From assembly GCA_036172245.1 (NCBI GenBank), contig JAYWIR010000005.1, positions 3,534,001-3,598,000 of the forward strand: a stretch of DNA of 64,000 nucleotides, in the 5' to 3' direction. Below the pieces are notes generated by a model that was given only the letters and a program-made list of their open reading frames with translations, was not told the DNA's origin and made no database searches. Below are positions 45,207 to 58,940 of this stretch, in pieces. Origin of the DNA: Raillietiella orientalis. Its lineage: Eukaryota. Position 1 is the first letter of the stretch. The number at the start of each line of letters is the position of its first letter. The translations under genes were made by a program, and so were the position numbers.

Positions 45207-48200
45207 GAGTGCGGACGTGTTTTTCTTCGCTCTCGTCTCCGTGCTTTCATCCGCTCCATCTTGGCGTCGTACATTTTGACGACGATGTCGACCCAACTTG
45301 AAGCTACTGAAGTTGGAGGAACAGCATCCGGATCTGCAATCGCGGAACCGACGGCCGCCTCCACTTCGTCTTTCTCGCCAATGGAGAGCAGTTTTGCTGA
45401 CGTTGCTGCCACAGCAGCCGTCAAAGGGAAACCACTCGACGAGTCGGAGTTGCGGGCATACGTAGCCCAAGGCTATAGACCTGCTCTCCGATATAAGGTG
45501 AGTGGTTTTCTTTTTGCGCGCGACGGCAATCAGTTCAACGATGAACTGACCCGTGTTGGCGTGCGGGAGGAGGACCTTCTCGCCATTATGCCCGTAAAAG
45601 ACATGGGCTATTTCAAGGTGCGTTGCAAAGACGCTGCACTTGTGCAACGCTTGCTGCGCACCCCGTTGTCGATCCGTGGCCAGAAGGTCTTCCCGGCCGC
45701 CATGGACGACTCATTTGTGGTGGAGATTTTCGACATCGAGTTGGAAATCTCCGATACTGATATTCGGAACGCGTTGGCGAAATTCGCCACGGTCCATGCG
45801 CTGTGGAGGGTGCGTAGCAACCTCAAGGACTTCCCGTCCATACACAGCGGAGTCGCTGGAGTCCGGCTTACAATGCCGGACCGCCGTCTGCTGCCCACCA
45901 AACTACAGGTGAAAGACACGGTCGTTCACCTGTAGTTCGTGGGCAAAGTAAGAACGTGCGAGCAATGCGGGAAGGAGAGGCATTGTTTGGATAAATGCCC
46001 TTCTGGAAAATGCCGTTATTGCAAACTATCCGGGCACCAATTGAAAAATTGCCCGGATCTTTTGCGGAAAAAGGCAGCCGCGGAGCTCAATCTCAAAAAA
46101 CAAATCGCGGAAAAAAAGAAAAAATCCGCGTAAAACCCGGATACCCCACGGCAGAAATTCCGTAAAAACGCGAGGCGGAATGTCGCATCAAAGCAGCCGG
46201 AAACCTCGCACGCGAAGCCCTGCGCACCCCCTCTCGCGGCAGGGGAGCCGCAAAAGAAAGGGTGCGGGGAATCCGGGGCAATGGTAAGTCCCCCTAGGAG
46301 CAATAGCTGTCCTTCCCAAGCACGCCCGGCTATCTCGGAGTTCGAGCAACCGGCGGGGACGCCAATGGACAACGGCGGTAAGGACACTTCCAGTACCGTC
46401 AGATCCATTCCTTTACCTCCTGCAGTGGCTGAGAAGCCCAAATCGGGTAAGAAGGGTTGTGCCGTGTCGACTTCGAAAGTCGGCAAAAAAAAATCCGCGT
46501 CGCGATCCAACACCGCGAAAGCGGAGAAAAATCTCACGGCCTCGCAGTCGGAGAGCAAGCTCTCGACTGGCGCGGATGCCATGCCAACGAAGGGATTAAA
46601 AGCCCTACCGAAGGCAGCGTCCATGATGAGCGTGTCGGAGCCATCGAAAGTGCTCCCGTCCAAAGACGCGGATGGCTTCAAAGATGGCCATGGAGCACAA
46701 TCTCCATTTACGGCGCCACGCGAAGTGAGGAACCGTAATGAAGTAAAGAAGACTTCAGCAAAGGTCCCTCGTGCAACTGCGCGTGAGCACGCTGAAAACG
46801 CGCGCGCCGGGAAAGCAGCCGTCACCAAAAGCGATGCTCTGGTGACGGAAAACGAAAACAGGACAGCTGTCAATTCAGCAGAACCTGTCACTGCTTCGCG
46901 GAAGGCCGAAACCCGATCGAACATGCGCCGGTCGGACTCCGAAATGGATGCCGTTCCGATCACCGAGACGAGGACAACTCGTTCGAAAGCGTGTGCGCGC
47001 CGATCAAAAGTAGGCAGCCAGGTAACGCTCGCCGCGAAGCAACGCGAAGTCTCCACGAAACCCAACGGGGTTAAGCCTGGCGTGGAGGCATTACATGCAT
47101 GCAGCACGACAGAGGACGGTGGCGACCGTCCCCTCCAGCCAGTCGTGCTGCTCGCCGTCTGCTCGCCGGATAAAGCGAGCAAAAAGCCGCCACCTTCCCA
47201 GCAGTAATGCGGGGAATCGCGTCTTTTCGTCGTCTGTCCGTAACGTGTTGGAACGTGAACGGACTGCAGAACTACGAGAAGAGGCGATTAGTAGCCAACG
47301 CCCTGCGCCCCTTCGACCTCGCGCTGCTGCAGGAGATTCACGTAATCTCCGACGAGCAGGCAGCCGAAATCGAGGAGCGCGCAGGCGGAACGCTACATTG
47401 GAGGTGCGGCGGCGCACACACGTGCGGCGTCGCGTTCCTCGTAAGAGCAAAAATGGCGGAAGCGGTGCGTAGTGTTCGTTTCGATGACAACGGACGGATA
47501 GGCCAGCTTGTCATCAAGTGGTCCGAGTCCATCGATCTCGTCGTTACGAACGTCTACGCGCCGAGTGGCTCTCGCTACCTCGAAGAAAGAGTAGCTTTCT
47601 TTGGTGAGGTGCAGAGCCAGTGGCTCAACAACTCCGGCTTCCCAGTGGCGCACCTCGTCGCTGGGGACTTCAACGTCCGCCTGCTCTCCGACGATTGGAG
47701 CCGCCCGAGGGAGCGCGCGCTGCCCATCGAGATGTGCGCGTCCGTGCACGCCGCCAACTTGATGGTCAGCGAACCTGGAATGGAAAGATCGCTTGATCAC
47801 GTTTTCCTCGATGAAAACCTGCATTCGCGTGTGCATAGGAGAGGAAGATTGTTGACTGAGCTTTCTGACCACCACAGGTTGGAGTTTGAGATCCTTCCGC
47901 CAGGCAGGGGGCCTCCGTTGCAAAGCTGGAGGATGCAGGCGGATTGGCTTAGCCAACCGGAGGCTGCGGAGCATCTACGTGGATACCTCCGGGGCTTTGC
48001 CATTCAAGAACTTGCGGACTGGGACGATCTCAAAAGATCTGTCCGCGAGTTCTGTTGCCAATTCCCCTTGCACCGGCTTCCATGCGGTTTCGGAGAGGGC
48101 GTGCATAACAGTAGAGACTTTCTGCAGGCCCGAACGTTTTCGAGACGCGCGGATGTCGGGCGTCTCGCAGAGTACAAGGCGAGGGCCGAGCGCCAGGTCT

Positions 48201-51113
48201 GGCAGTCCGGAGCAGCATGCCTGTTGGACGACAAGGGCCAGGAATGTTCGGCCCCAGCCGAAGTACGCCGCATTGTGAGACGCTACTACTCCTCGCTCTA
48301 CGCGGAATCCCCGACGGAGGATATGCTTTCTGAGATACTCCTGTCTCAGGATGCTCGTGTTGTCGGCGAGGAGGAACGCGAACGTCTCGACGAGCCCTTC
48401 ACGGCGGATGAATTTTCGTCCGCCATCGCTGGGCTGAAGAGACGAAAGCCGCCAGGCGAGGATGGGCTGCCTGCAGAGTTTTATCAGTGCTTTGCAGTGG
48501 AGCTCATTCCCTTGATGCTTAAACTCGCGACGCTGATGAGTGAATCCGGGAATGTCCCTGATTCCTTCCGCTCAGCGAAGGTGCGTCTCCTGCCGAAAGG
48601 CGGAGACTTGCGCCAACTTAACAACTGGCGTCCGATCACCTTGGTGAACTCGGACGTCAAGTTGTTTTCCAAGCTGTGGGTCGCGCGTTCAGGAAGAATC
48701 GCGGAATCTGTGGTGAGCCCGGAACAATCCTACGCGGTTCCGGGACGATCCATGGAGGCGAACATCCTTTTCGCGCGTACATGGATGCAGCTGCAGGAAG
48801 TTGTGGCGCAGCAAAGCCAGGCTGCTGCGAAAGTCACTGCCGCAGGCAAAAAGAACAGGCGCCGACGGCAGGAGGGAACGCCAGGTGCCTTGGCGGTCGC
48901 GGTCGATCTCCACAAGGCGTTCGACTGCGTAAACCATAAGCTGCTTTTGGAGCTTATGGAACGCCTTGGGTTCCCGGCGCAACTCCTGCTGTATTTGCGC
49001 GCGTGCTGGCGCCACGCGCTAACCTGCATCACTTTTAGCGGCTGCCGCGTGTATGGTATTCCCGTTCGTAGGGGCATCCGACAGGGCGACAGCTTAAGCC
49101 CGTTGCTCGTCAGCATCTTCTTTGAGTTGGTGCTAAGAGCATACAGGCTGACGCTGTCTCACTTGCCAAGCTCCTGCCCGGGAACGCCTGCCGTGGCCGC
49201 CTACGCTGATGACCTGCTTCTTCTGCTCCCCATGTCCACCCCGGCGTCCAGTGTCGAGGATTTCTTCGACCTGATTCGTCGGGGAGCGGGCGTGAGCGTG
49301 AACAGAGAGAAGAGCGCGGTCGTTCCTGTGGGTACGTCGTGGGAGGGGCAGTCCGACTGGATCCGCCTGGGGATCCCCACGGGCGGGTACTTTAAGTACC
49401 TTGGCGTTCCGTTGGGCGCTTTCGGCGCAGCCGAAGCGTGGGCGGACTGTCTTCAGAAAGCAGAGTTGGCCATCAGCCCGTTCTTTAACGGCAAGTTTAC
49501 CTTGCAGGAACAGGCGACTATTTGGAACACCTTTGTGGCCCCCCTCCTCCGTCCCCTGTTTTTTGTTTTGGACCCCCCCTATGCGGCAAAACAGCGGGCT
49601 AAGCGCCTGCTCAGGAACGCTCTCTGGGGTCCGGCGAGATCCAGGATCCGCCTTAAAGATTTGTCAGCTCCGCGTCGGGATGCTGGTTTGGGTATCCTGA
49701 CAATGGAGCGAATCGGACTGCAGGTGCAGTTCCGACTGCTGGCACTGTGTGCCCAGCTATGGACATCCCCCCCGTGTGTGCCAGCTCGCATTCTCCTGCG
49801 AAGATGCGCCGGCAGCGGAGGATTTCTCTCGCTTTTGCCGGGCACTCAATACAGGAAGCGGGGTTTCGGTTTTCCATTGCGGCAGTTGACCGCACTTCTG
49901 TAAGCACACTCTTGGATCTCCTGCCGCCCAATGAACTTTGAAGCTTGGCGGCAGGAGTCTGTTGAATCCTGGGCGGCGTTCCAAGGAATACGCCCTGAAG
50001 ATCTTCGCCCCCTGCGCCAATTTTTTCTACGATCCTTGGAAGAAGTACTGCAGGACGAGGTGAAGTTTTCTACCCTGGCTGGCACGCCTCTTGCCGCAGC
50101 GCTGTCTGCCCTCAGGGCAAGAAACGACAGTTACTAACCGGCGAGGTGGGTGGTTTCCTGCACGATAGCGGGAAGAACCAAACTCCTTGGCACCTGGAAG
50201 ACAAGTGAGTTGGCGGACGCCGCCACTCCTCGTGTTACTGCAAAGGGACTCCTCCGGTGGGCAGAAGAACTTGCTGTCACCCCCGAAGAACTTGTAGTCC
50301 CTCCACAGTTTATGGACAGTTCGCTGCTCCCCCTTGCTTGGAAACAAGCCGTGCTGCTTTTCGTTCACTGGGGTTTTCAGTGCAACGAGCGTTGGCATCG
50401 TGACTCCGGGGGACTTGCGTCTGCGAACTGCGTTCGGTGCGGATCGACGGAGTCGATTCCGCACCTACTTCTGGACTGCGGTGTCCTACAAGGACTGTGG
50501 CGTAGGCTGGCAACAGCACTATTGCATCCCGTGGACACCGCAAGAGACTTTCTGCGACGATTCTTCACGCCGAGCGGGCTTTCACTAAGCGCAAGGATTG
50601 CAACCATCGGTTGCATACGCGCGATTGTTTCCGTCCGCCAGGCGTTGGTAGTCAACGGACAGCACCAAGAGTTAATCAGCAAATTATCCTTCTACATGAG
50701 AGCATCCGCTAGATGGCCTCATTTGACAGAGGAGACAAAGAGGAATCTCGCCGCAATACACCGCCGGTTTACACACGCTGAGCAGCGGCCAACACGGTGA
50801 TCATTGCCCTACCCTCCATAAACTAAATTTGTATTTTCTTTTTACACCCGCGTCCCCATAGGCTCCGGAACATTTTAGGTGCTCATCGTATAAATCCCCG
50901 TGAGTACGGAGCCTAACCAAAAACCCGTTACCCTTCCCTCCAGTTTTTGATTTTTGTTTGTTTCCCCTCATTCTGCCCACGCTGCGAGCGGTTTGTTTAC
51001 CAGGCCTGCGTGCCGGTAATTTTTCTATGTTCTCTGTCGTTCTCTTGGTTGGGGACATTGTCCCTGACCAGTTTATTATTATTAATAAACGCCATGGCGT
51101 GACCGGGTGATAA
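45207..51113 (+). mobile_element. Full-length uninterrupted element D2, sense inside the F2 GDFN motif
   Basis: TSD ATTTCAATC (45198-45206 / 51114-51122); ORF1 45285-47207 with two in-frame stops; terminus CCGGGTGATAA. Confidence 0.95.
47207..50800 (+). pseudogene. D2 ORF2 (~1197 codons; APE + RT + Cys/His finger), with only two in-frame stops (49901, 50135)
   Basis: ORFs 47207..49903, 49931..50137 and 50150..50800 share one frame. Confidence 0.93.
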
Positions 51114-54100
51114 ATTTCAATCTCCGCCTGCTAACAGGTGAGCCGGAAACACAGGTAAACGCGATGAACGAGTTGTGCGCCGCCATGCGTGCGCGCAACT
51201 TGTTCGCGGGTGAGAGAAGAATGGTCCGCAGCATCGACCACGTCTTCCTCGACGCTGACCTGTGTTCACGGGTCGGCAAACGGGGGAGGGTTGCGTCAAC
51301 GTTGTCGGACCATTCCCGGTTAATTTTCGAGATGCGGCCTCGCGACAAAGGACCGCCATCCAGGGACTGGCGTCTGCCGGGGGACTGGACGCGACTCTCA
51401 GGTGCGAAGGAACACCTTCGCGAATACCTGAGAGGCGTCACGCTCCGGAATCTCCAAGACTGGGACCTTTTTAAGGAATCGGTCCGGGAATTCTGCGAGC
51501 AGTTCCCCCTGGATCGCCTGCCCTCCGGATTCGGCGAGGGTCCTCGCAACCATCGGGCCTATTTACAGGCCCGTAGGTACGAGCGAACCCCTAATGTCCG
51601 TCGCCTGGCCGAGTACCGCGCCGGGGCCGAACGCCAAGCCTGGCAATCCCGGTCGGCCAGCTTGCTGGACGACCAGGGCCGGGAATGTTCGTCCCCGGCG
51701 TCGGTACGGCATCTCGTGCGGAGTTATTATTCCTCCCTTTACGCCAGGGCGCCCCCGGATCAAGATGCCTCTCGGCTCTTGCTTCCGGATGGTGCCCCGG
51801 CAATAGGGGAGGAGGAGTCGTTAAGCCTCGATGAGCCTTTTACCACCGGCGAAATTCTCGCCGGTATCAAAAGGCTCAAGAGGCGGAAAGCTCCAGGGGA
51901 AGACGGCCTGCCCGCGGAGTTCTATCAGAGCTTCGCGGAAGAGCTGGCACCCCTGCTGCTTCAGCTGACAAGGCTGATCCGAGACGAAGGCGATGTTCCC
52001 GCCTCGTTTCGGTCAGCCAGAGTGAGGCTCCTTCCGAAAGGGGGAGACCTTAGGAATTTAAACAACTGGCGTCCGATCACGATTGTGAATACGGACGCCA
52101 AGTTGGTTGCCGGGCTATGGGCTTCGCGTCTGGGGCAGGTGGCAGAATCCATTATTAGCCCAGAGCAGACATATGCTGTTCCCGGGCGAAGTATGGATGC
52201 CAACCTCTTCTTCGCGAGCACGTGGATGCACGCACAGAGGTGTCAAAAGGAAGGGAAAGGAAAAATCGGCAACCCCACTTTGGTGGCCGCCAGCAGGACA
52301 GGGAATGGACTCCCAGGCGGGGAAGGGGGCCTTAGCGCTCGCAGTCGATCTCCATAAACCGTTCGACTGTGTTGACCAGGGGCTTTTGTTGGAGCTCCTG
52401 GGTCGCATGGGCTTCCCACCCTCCTTGATCAACTACCTGCGCTCCTGCTGGCGCCATGCGATAATTTCCGTCTCTTTCAGCGGTCAGAAGGTGCATGGCG
52501 TGCCGGTGCGGCGGGGCATCAGGCAGGGAGATAGCCTGAGTCCCCTGCTCTTCAGCTCCTAGTTTGAGTTGGTGCTGAGAGCCTACATTGTGACTTTGGC
52601 CTCCTTGCCTAGCTCGTGTCCCGGCACGCCCGCCGTAGCAGCCTATGCCGACGACCTTCTGCTCCTGTTACCTATGTCCACCGCGGCGAAGGCGGTCGGA
52701 GACTTCTTCGATCAGCTCAGCCGTGGGACCGGACTGCAGGTCAACAGGGCGAAGTCGTCGGTGGTGCCAGTAGGTGCGGCGTGGGCAGGGCAGCAGGACT
52801 GGGTCCGTCTGGGGATCCCCACGGCGAGGTGCTTCAAGTACCTTGGTGTGCCGTTGGGTGACTACTCCCCTGCGGAAGCGTGGTCCAGCTGTCTTCAAAA
52901 AGTCGAGACGGCGATCGGCCCGTTCCTGGAAGGCAAGTTTCACTTGCCGGAACGGGCCGCGGTTTGGAACGCCTTCGCGGCCCCCATCCTCCGCCCCCTG
53001 CTTTTTGTTTGCCCCGCCCCAAGATTAGTTAAAAAGAGGACGAAGGACCTCCTCCGCATCGCCCTTTGGGGCAAGGGGAGGCCCCGAGTCCCTCTGCAGG
53101 ACTTGTGCGCTCCGCGTCGGGACGGCGGCCTTGGCCTCCTGACGCTGGAGCGCGTGGAAATCCAGCTGCGGTGGCGAACCCTCGCCATCGCAGCGAAGAT
53201 GTGGAGCACCCCTGGGTGCGTTCCGGCCCGCCACCTCGCCAGGCGTGTGTCCCGATGCGAAGGACTCGCGTCGTTTCTTCTGTGCCCTGGCCGGAAGATC
53301 CGAAGATGCGGCCTTATGCTCGGACGCATAGCAACCTTGGCGAAGACGAACGGTTGGATGGTTTGTGGCCCCGCCAACTCCTCCGCCTGGTTAGAGGAGT
53401 CTGCTGGCACATGGGCTAAACTGAACCGGAGGAGCGAAAACCACATGAACTGCCTGCGAATCGGCCCATACGCCAACCGCACCCTGCGGGAAATACTGGA
53501 ATTTCCTCGGAGTCGCAGGTGGGCGTTGACGACCCCCCTTGCTATGGCGATGCCCTACCTCCTGAGGGCGCTTCAGGATTGCCAGAAGCCGAGGTGGCAA
53601 GTCACCTGCCAGATCGCAGGCAGGAAGAAGATGTTAAGCGGCTGGACCACAGGAGAACTGGCGGACGCCACGACCCCGAGCGTCCAGCCGCGTGGACTAA
53701 TGAGATGGGGCGAGCTGCTCGCCATCCCTACGGATGTGCTGAAGTGGCCCCCGGTATTAAAGGAATCCAGGATCCTGCCCCTTAAGTGGCAAGAGTCGGC
53801 GTTGCTTTTGTTGCACTGGGGTCTACCCTGCAACGCGCGCCGCTTCCACTGCACGAGGGGAGCTGTGGATCCTGCGTGTGCCAGGTGCGGGGAGCGGGAG
53901 TCGCTTCCCCACCTTATTGTGGATTGTGCTGCCCTCCGATACCTTTGGGAACGGTTCGGGACGACCCTCGGGCTCCCTACGGGCAGCACCCCCAGAGACG
54001 TTCTTCGGCCCCTCTTCGTGAAGGACGCACTGCAGCCAGCCGCAGCCATCGCAGCCTTGTGCTGTGTCCGTGGCATCGTGGCGGCATGGAGCGACGCCAA

Positions 54101-56314
54101 TAACGAAGGAGTGGGTCCACACGCGAGGGATGTCGTCCCATACGCCCAACGCTTCATGCGGAGAGCTGCCGGATGGCCCCAACTGGGGAATATACGGACG
54201 GACCTCAAGGGCTTCCTTCAACGGATGGGCCCTCCTCACAGCGTTCAGTGATCCCTTCCCTGCCCTCCAACTTCTTTTCGTCTGTTTATGTTTTTTATTT
54301 TTCTTTTTGTTTTATCCCCATCCCCCTTCGCTGCTGAGGAACGCTACGCTGGGCTGCGTCCCGGCGTCCCGGCAGGTCCAGTGCATATGACCGTGAGCGG
54401 GGCCTTGTACCGCGGATGTAGAGTTGTTTTTTTTTAAAAAATAAACGCCCCGGGCGTACCCGGGTGTAAACCTCCAAGGCTGGCAAGAAGGCCGTAAGGC
54501 GTCCGGCCTTTCCTCAGGAGTCCCCCACTTCCGACCCCGAGGTGGAGGCCGGAAGCGCAGCCTCCGTTTCCACGGCACCGCGCAAGAAGGCTGGACGTAA
54601 GTCCACAAAGCCAAGGAAGCTCGTCTCCCCCGTCGAAGGGGAAGAGAAGGCTTCCGCAAGCGAGGGTGCCATGAGCGTGGGAAACTCTCGGGACCCGTCG
54701 CCCGAGAGACTCCCACCCGCGGACACGGAGGGGATGGAGGGGGTGGAGGCCAAACAGGTGCCTCAGGTGCCTGAGAAGGCCGAAACTCCCATGGACATCC
54801 CGCCCGCCTCGCAAGAGGAGGGCTCCCCCACACCTCAATCTTCCCAGCAGTAATGCCGGGAATCTCCTCCCGCCGTCGTCTGCGCATCGCCGTTTGGAAC
54901 GTGAACGGCATGACAGACGCCGGCAGGAGACGAGACATATCCGCCCTTCTGGAGTCCTACGACCTTGCGCTGCTGCAGGAGATCCACGTGATCTCTGCAG
55001 AACAAGCGCAAGAGATCGAACGGATCTGCAGAAAGCAGCTATGGTACAGGTGTGGGAGAACGAAAAGTTGCGGTGTCGCCTACCTGCTTCGGCCAGCCGT
55101 CGAGGCCGCGGCTCGGGGCGTGCGGTTCGACGATCACGGTCGTGTCGGCCAGCTGACTCTCAGGTGGTCCGACTCGATCGATCTGATCGTCACGAACGTG
55201 TACGCTCCGAGCGGCAAGGACCTGATGAACAGGAGGGCGAGGAAAGAGTTTTTCCTTGCCCTCCGGCGAGACTGGCTGACCGGAGCAGGCGTGCGGAATG
55301 CCCATCTGGTTGCAGGCGATTTCAACGTTCGCCTGAAACCAGATGGGCAGAATCCCGAGCGAGACCTGGTCAACGAGGTGTGCATGGCCGTGCACACCTG
55401 TAATTTGTTGGCCAGTGCACCGGGGATGGAAGACAGCATTGACCACGTGTTTCTTGACGAGCACCTGTGCCCTCGCGTGGGCAGGCGCGGCAAGTTACCG
55501 TGCGAGCTGTCCGACCATCGCCCGCTAGTCCTCGAGATCCATCCGCGCGACAGTGGCCCCCCCTCGTCAGCGTGGCGTCTCCCAGGGGACTGGCTGAAGC
55601 TCCCGGACGCGGCGGAACATCTTCGCACGTTCATACGGAGCTTCAGGCTGCGGACACTCCAGGATTGGGACCGCTTCAAGCGGTCAGTCCTGGAGTTTTG
55701 CGACCAGTTCCCTCTGCACCGCCTACCTACGGGTTTTGGGACCGGGGTCCGTAACGAACGAGCCTACCTGTAGGCCCGTCGTTACGCCAGGACCCCCGAC
55801 ATCCGCAGGCTGGCGGAATATAAAGCGGGAGCCGAGAGGCAATCCTGGCAGTCCCGATCGGCCAGCTTACTGGACGATCAGGGCCAGGAGCACTCGGCAC
55901 CTGCCCAAATCCGCGGCCTGCTGCGGAGTTACTACTCCTCCCTGTATGCCAGGGCACCTCCGGAGAGGAACGTCTCATGACTCCTGCTTCCGGAAGGCGC
56001 TTCAGCGATCGGGGAGGAGCAGAGAAAGACCCTCGACGAGCCTTTCACGATGGACGAGATCCTCTCGGCCATCGGAAAGCTCAAGAGGCCAAAAGCTCCA
56101 GGGGAGGACGGCCTGCCCGCGGAGTTTTATCAAACTTTCGCGACTGAGCTTACTTCCCTGGTACAGCAACTCACCTTGCTGATACGCGAAACAGGTGACG
56201 TTCCCGCCTCGTTTCCTTCGGCAAATGTGCGGCTCCTCCCTAAGGGAGGAGATCTGAGGAGCATGAACAACTGGCGTCCCTTCACAATAGTGAATGCGGA
56301 CGCCAAGTTGCTGG

Positions 56315-58919
56315 TTGCCACCCGGTCACGCCGGGGCGTTTATTAAAAATTCTCTCTGATTCGTGGTACGAGGCCCCACTACGGCCAACTCAGCTGGACC
56401 TGCCGGGTCGCCGGTACGCAGACCGGCGCGACTCTCCTCGGCAGCGGAAGGGGGTGGGGGAAAAAACAAAAAGAAAAATAAAACATAAAAACAAAAAGAT
56501 TTGGGAGGGTTGGCTAGGGATCACTGACCACTGGGAGGAGGGTTTATCCTTCGCAGGATGCCCTCGAGGTCCGTCCGTAAAATTCTCAGGTGGGGCCATC
56601 TGGTCACAATCCGCAGGTAGCGGACTGCAAGTACGACGGCATCCCTGTCGTGACTCGGTCATCCGACGTCGCTCCAGCACGTCACAATCCCGCGTACGCA
56701 GCAAAGTGCAGCCAGGGCAGCGGCTGGACGGAGGATATCATGCACGAACAGAAGCCGAAAAACGTCTCAGGGCTGGCTGCCCTCCTGGATCCGTAGGGAG
56801 GCACGAAGACGTTCGCACAGGGGTCGGAGGGCAGCACAATCAACAAGGAGGTGGGGGAGGGTTTCCCGTTCCCCACACCTGATGCAGGTAGGATCTACTC
56901 GACCCCTCGTCCAGTGGTGGCGGCGTGCGTTGCAGGGTAGACCCCAATGCAACAACAGAAGCGCCGACTCCTGCCACTTTACGGGGAGGATCCTAGAACC
57001 AATTAATACCAGGGGCCACTTCAGGTCATCCGGCTGGATGCCGAGTAGCTCACCCCATCTCTGGAGTCCTCTTGGCTGGACACTAGGGGTACTGGCGTCC
57101 GCCAGATCACCCGTGGACCAGCCGCTGATCAACTTCTCCTTGCCTGCGATGCGGCAGAAGACTTGCCACCTAGGCTTGCGGCTGCTGGAGAGCGCCCTCC
57201 TCAGGAAGGACATCGCCGTAGCTAGGGGGGTTGTCTCTGCCCACGTGCTTCTCGCGGGACACTGGAGTATCTTCCGCAGAGTGCAGCGGAAATAGGCGCC
57301 GCGTCGCAGGCAGTTCCACATCTCTCCGTTCTTCTGGTTTATCTTCGCCCACGTGCCAGCTGTCTCCTCCAGCCATGCGGAGGAGTTGGCGGGGCTGCAT
57401 ACCATCCAGCCGTTTTCCTTAGCCAGAGTTGCCATGCGTCCCAGGAGAAGTCCGCATCTCTTGATCTTCTTGCCACGGCACAGAAGATAAGACGCGAGAC
57501 CCTCCGTCCCGGATACACGGCTGGCAAGGAGTCAGGCCGGAACGCACCAAGGGGTGCTCCATAACTTCGCTGCGATGGCGAGGGTTCGCCACCGCAGCTG
57601 CTTGTCCACGCGCTCCAGCGTCAGGAGGCCAAGACCGCCGTCCCGACGCGGAGCGCACAAGTCCTTCAGTGGGACTCGGGGCCTCCATTTGCCCCAAAGG
57701 GCGATAAGGAGGAGGTCCTTCGTCCTCTTCTTGGATTCCACGGTGGGGGGCAAACAAAAAGCAAGGGGCGGAGGATGGGGGCCGCGAAGGCGTTCCAAAC
57801 CGCGGCCCGTTCCGGCAAGTGAAACTTGCCTTCCAGGAACGGGCCGATCGCCGTCTCGACTTTTTGGAGGCAGCTGGACCACGCTTCAGCAGGGGAGTAG
57901 TCCCCCAACGGCACACCAAGGTACTTGAAGCACCTCGCCGTGGGGATCCCCAGACGGACCCAGTCCTGCTGCCCTGCCCACGCCGCACCCATTGGCACAA
58001 CCGACGACTTCGCCCTGTTAACCTGCAGTCCGGTCCCGCGGCTGAGCAGATCGAAGAAGTCTCCGACCACCTTTGCCGGGGTGGACATTGGCAACAAGAG
58101 CAGAAGATCGTCGGCGTACGCTGCAACGGCGGGCGTGCCGGGGCACGAGCTCGGCAATGGGGCCAGAGTCACCCTGTACGCTCTCAGCACCAACTCAAAG
58201 TAGATGCTGAAGAGCAGGGGGCTGAGGCTATCTCCCTGCCTTATGCCCCGCCGCACCGCGACGCCATGCACCTTGTGACCGCTGAAAGAGACGGTAATTA
58301 TCGCATTCCGCCAGCAAGAGCGCAGGTAGGAAATCAGGGAGGGTGGAAAGCCCATGCGACCCAGGAGCTCCAAGAGGAGTTCCTGGTCTACACAGTCGAA
58401 CGCCTTGTGGAGATCGACTGCGAGCGCTAGAGCCCCCTTCCCCGCCCGGGGGTCCCTTCCCAGCCCGGCTGGCGGCCCCAATGTGGGGTTGCCGACTTTC
58501 CCTATCCCTTTCTTTTCTCTTCTCTGCAGGTGCACTCATGTGCTTGCGAAGAAGAGGTTGGCATCCATACTTCGCCCGGGAACAGCATAAGTCTGCTCCG
58601 GGCTAATTACGGATTCTGCCACCTGCCCCAGACGCGAAGCCCATAGCCCTGCGATCAACTTGGCGTCCGTATTCACGATCGTGATCGGACGCCAGTTCTT
58701 GAAATCCCTGAGGTCTCCCCCTTTCGGAAGGAGCCTCACTCTGGCTAACCGAAACGAGGCGGGAACATCGCCTTCGTCTCGGATCAGCCTGATCAACTTA
58801 AGCAGCAGGGGTGCCAGCTCTTCCGCGAAGCTCTGAAAGAACTCCGCGGGCAAGCCGTCTTCCCCTGGAGCTTTACGCCTCTTGAGCCTTTTGATACCTG
58901 CGAGAATTTCGCCGGTGGT
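56315..58919 (-). mobile_element. 5'-truncated element B2 (B-type 3' end, F-like RT), antisense inside the A3 RT
   Basis: Terminus CCGGGTGGCAA at the same NADAKL position as B1; RT motifs present. Confidence 0.88.
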
Positions 58920-58940
58920 CCAGCTAAGGTTCATCAGCTC

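Larger units (their letters stand above)
42895..54470 (+). mobile_element. Full-length element F2, sense inside A3 ORF1; interrupted by D2
   Basis: TSD CCTCCAAGGC (42885-42894 / 54471-54480); ORF1 42989-44738 (frameshift ~44360); ORF2 44738-45206 + 51123-54251; terminus CCGGGTGTAAA. Confidence 0.93.
41537..56314 (+). mobile_element. Element A3 (ORF1 41633-42894 + 54481-54853; ORF2 54853-56314), containing F2>D2 and ending at the B2 insertion
   Basis: 5' flank TCGAACGCCTTG (41525-41536); GGACGTG at 41550; ORF1 resumes after TSD CCTCCAAGGC; TAATG at 54851. Confidence 0.9.
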
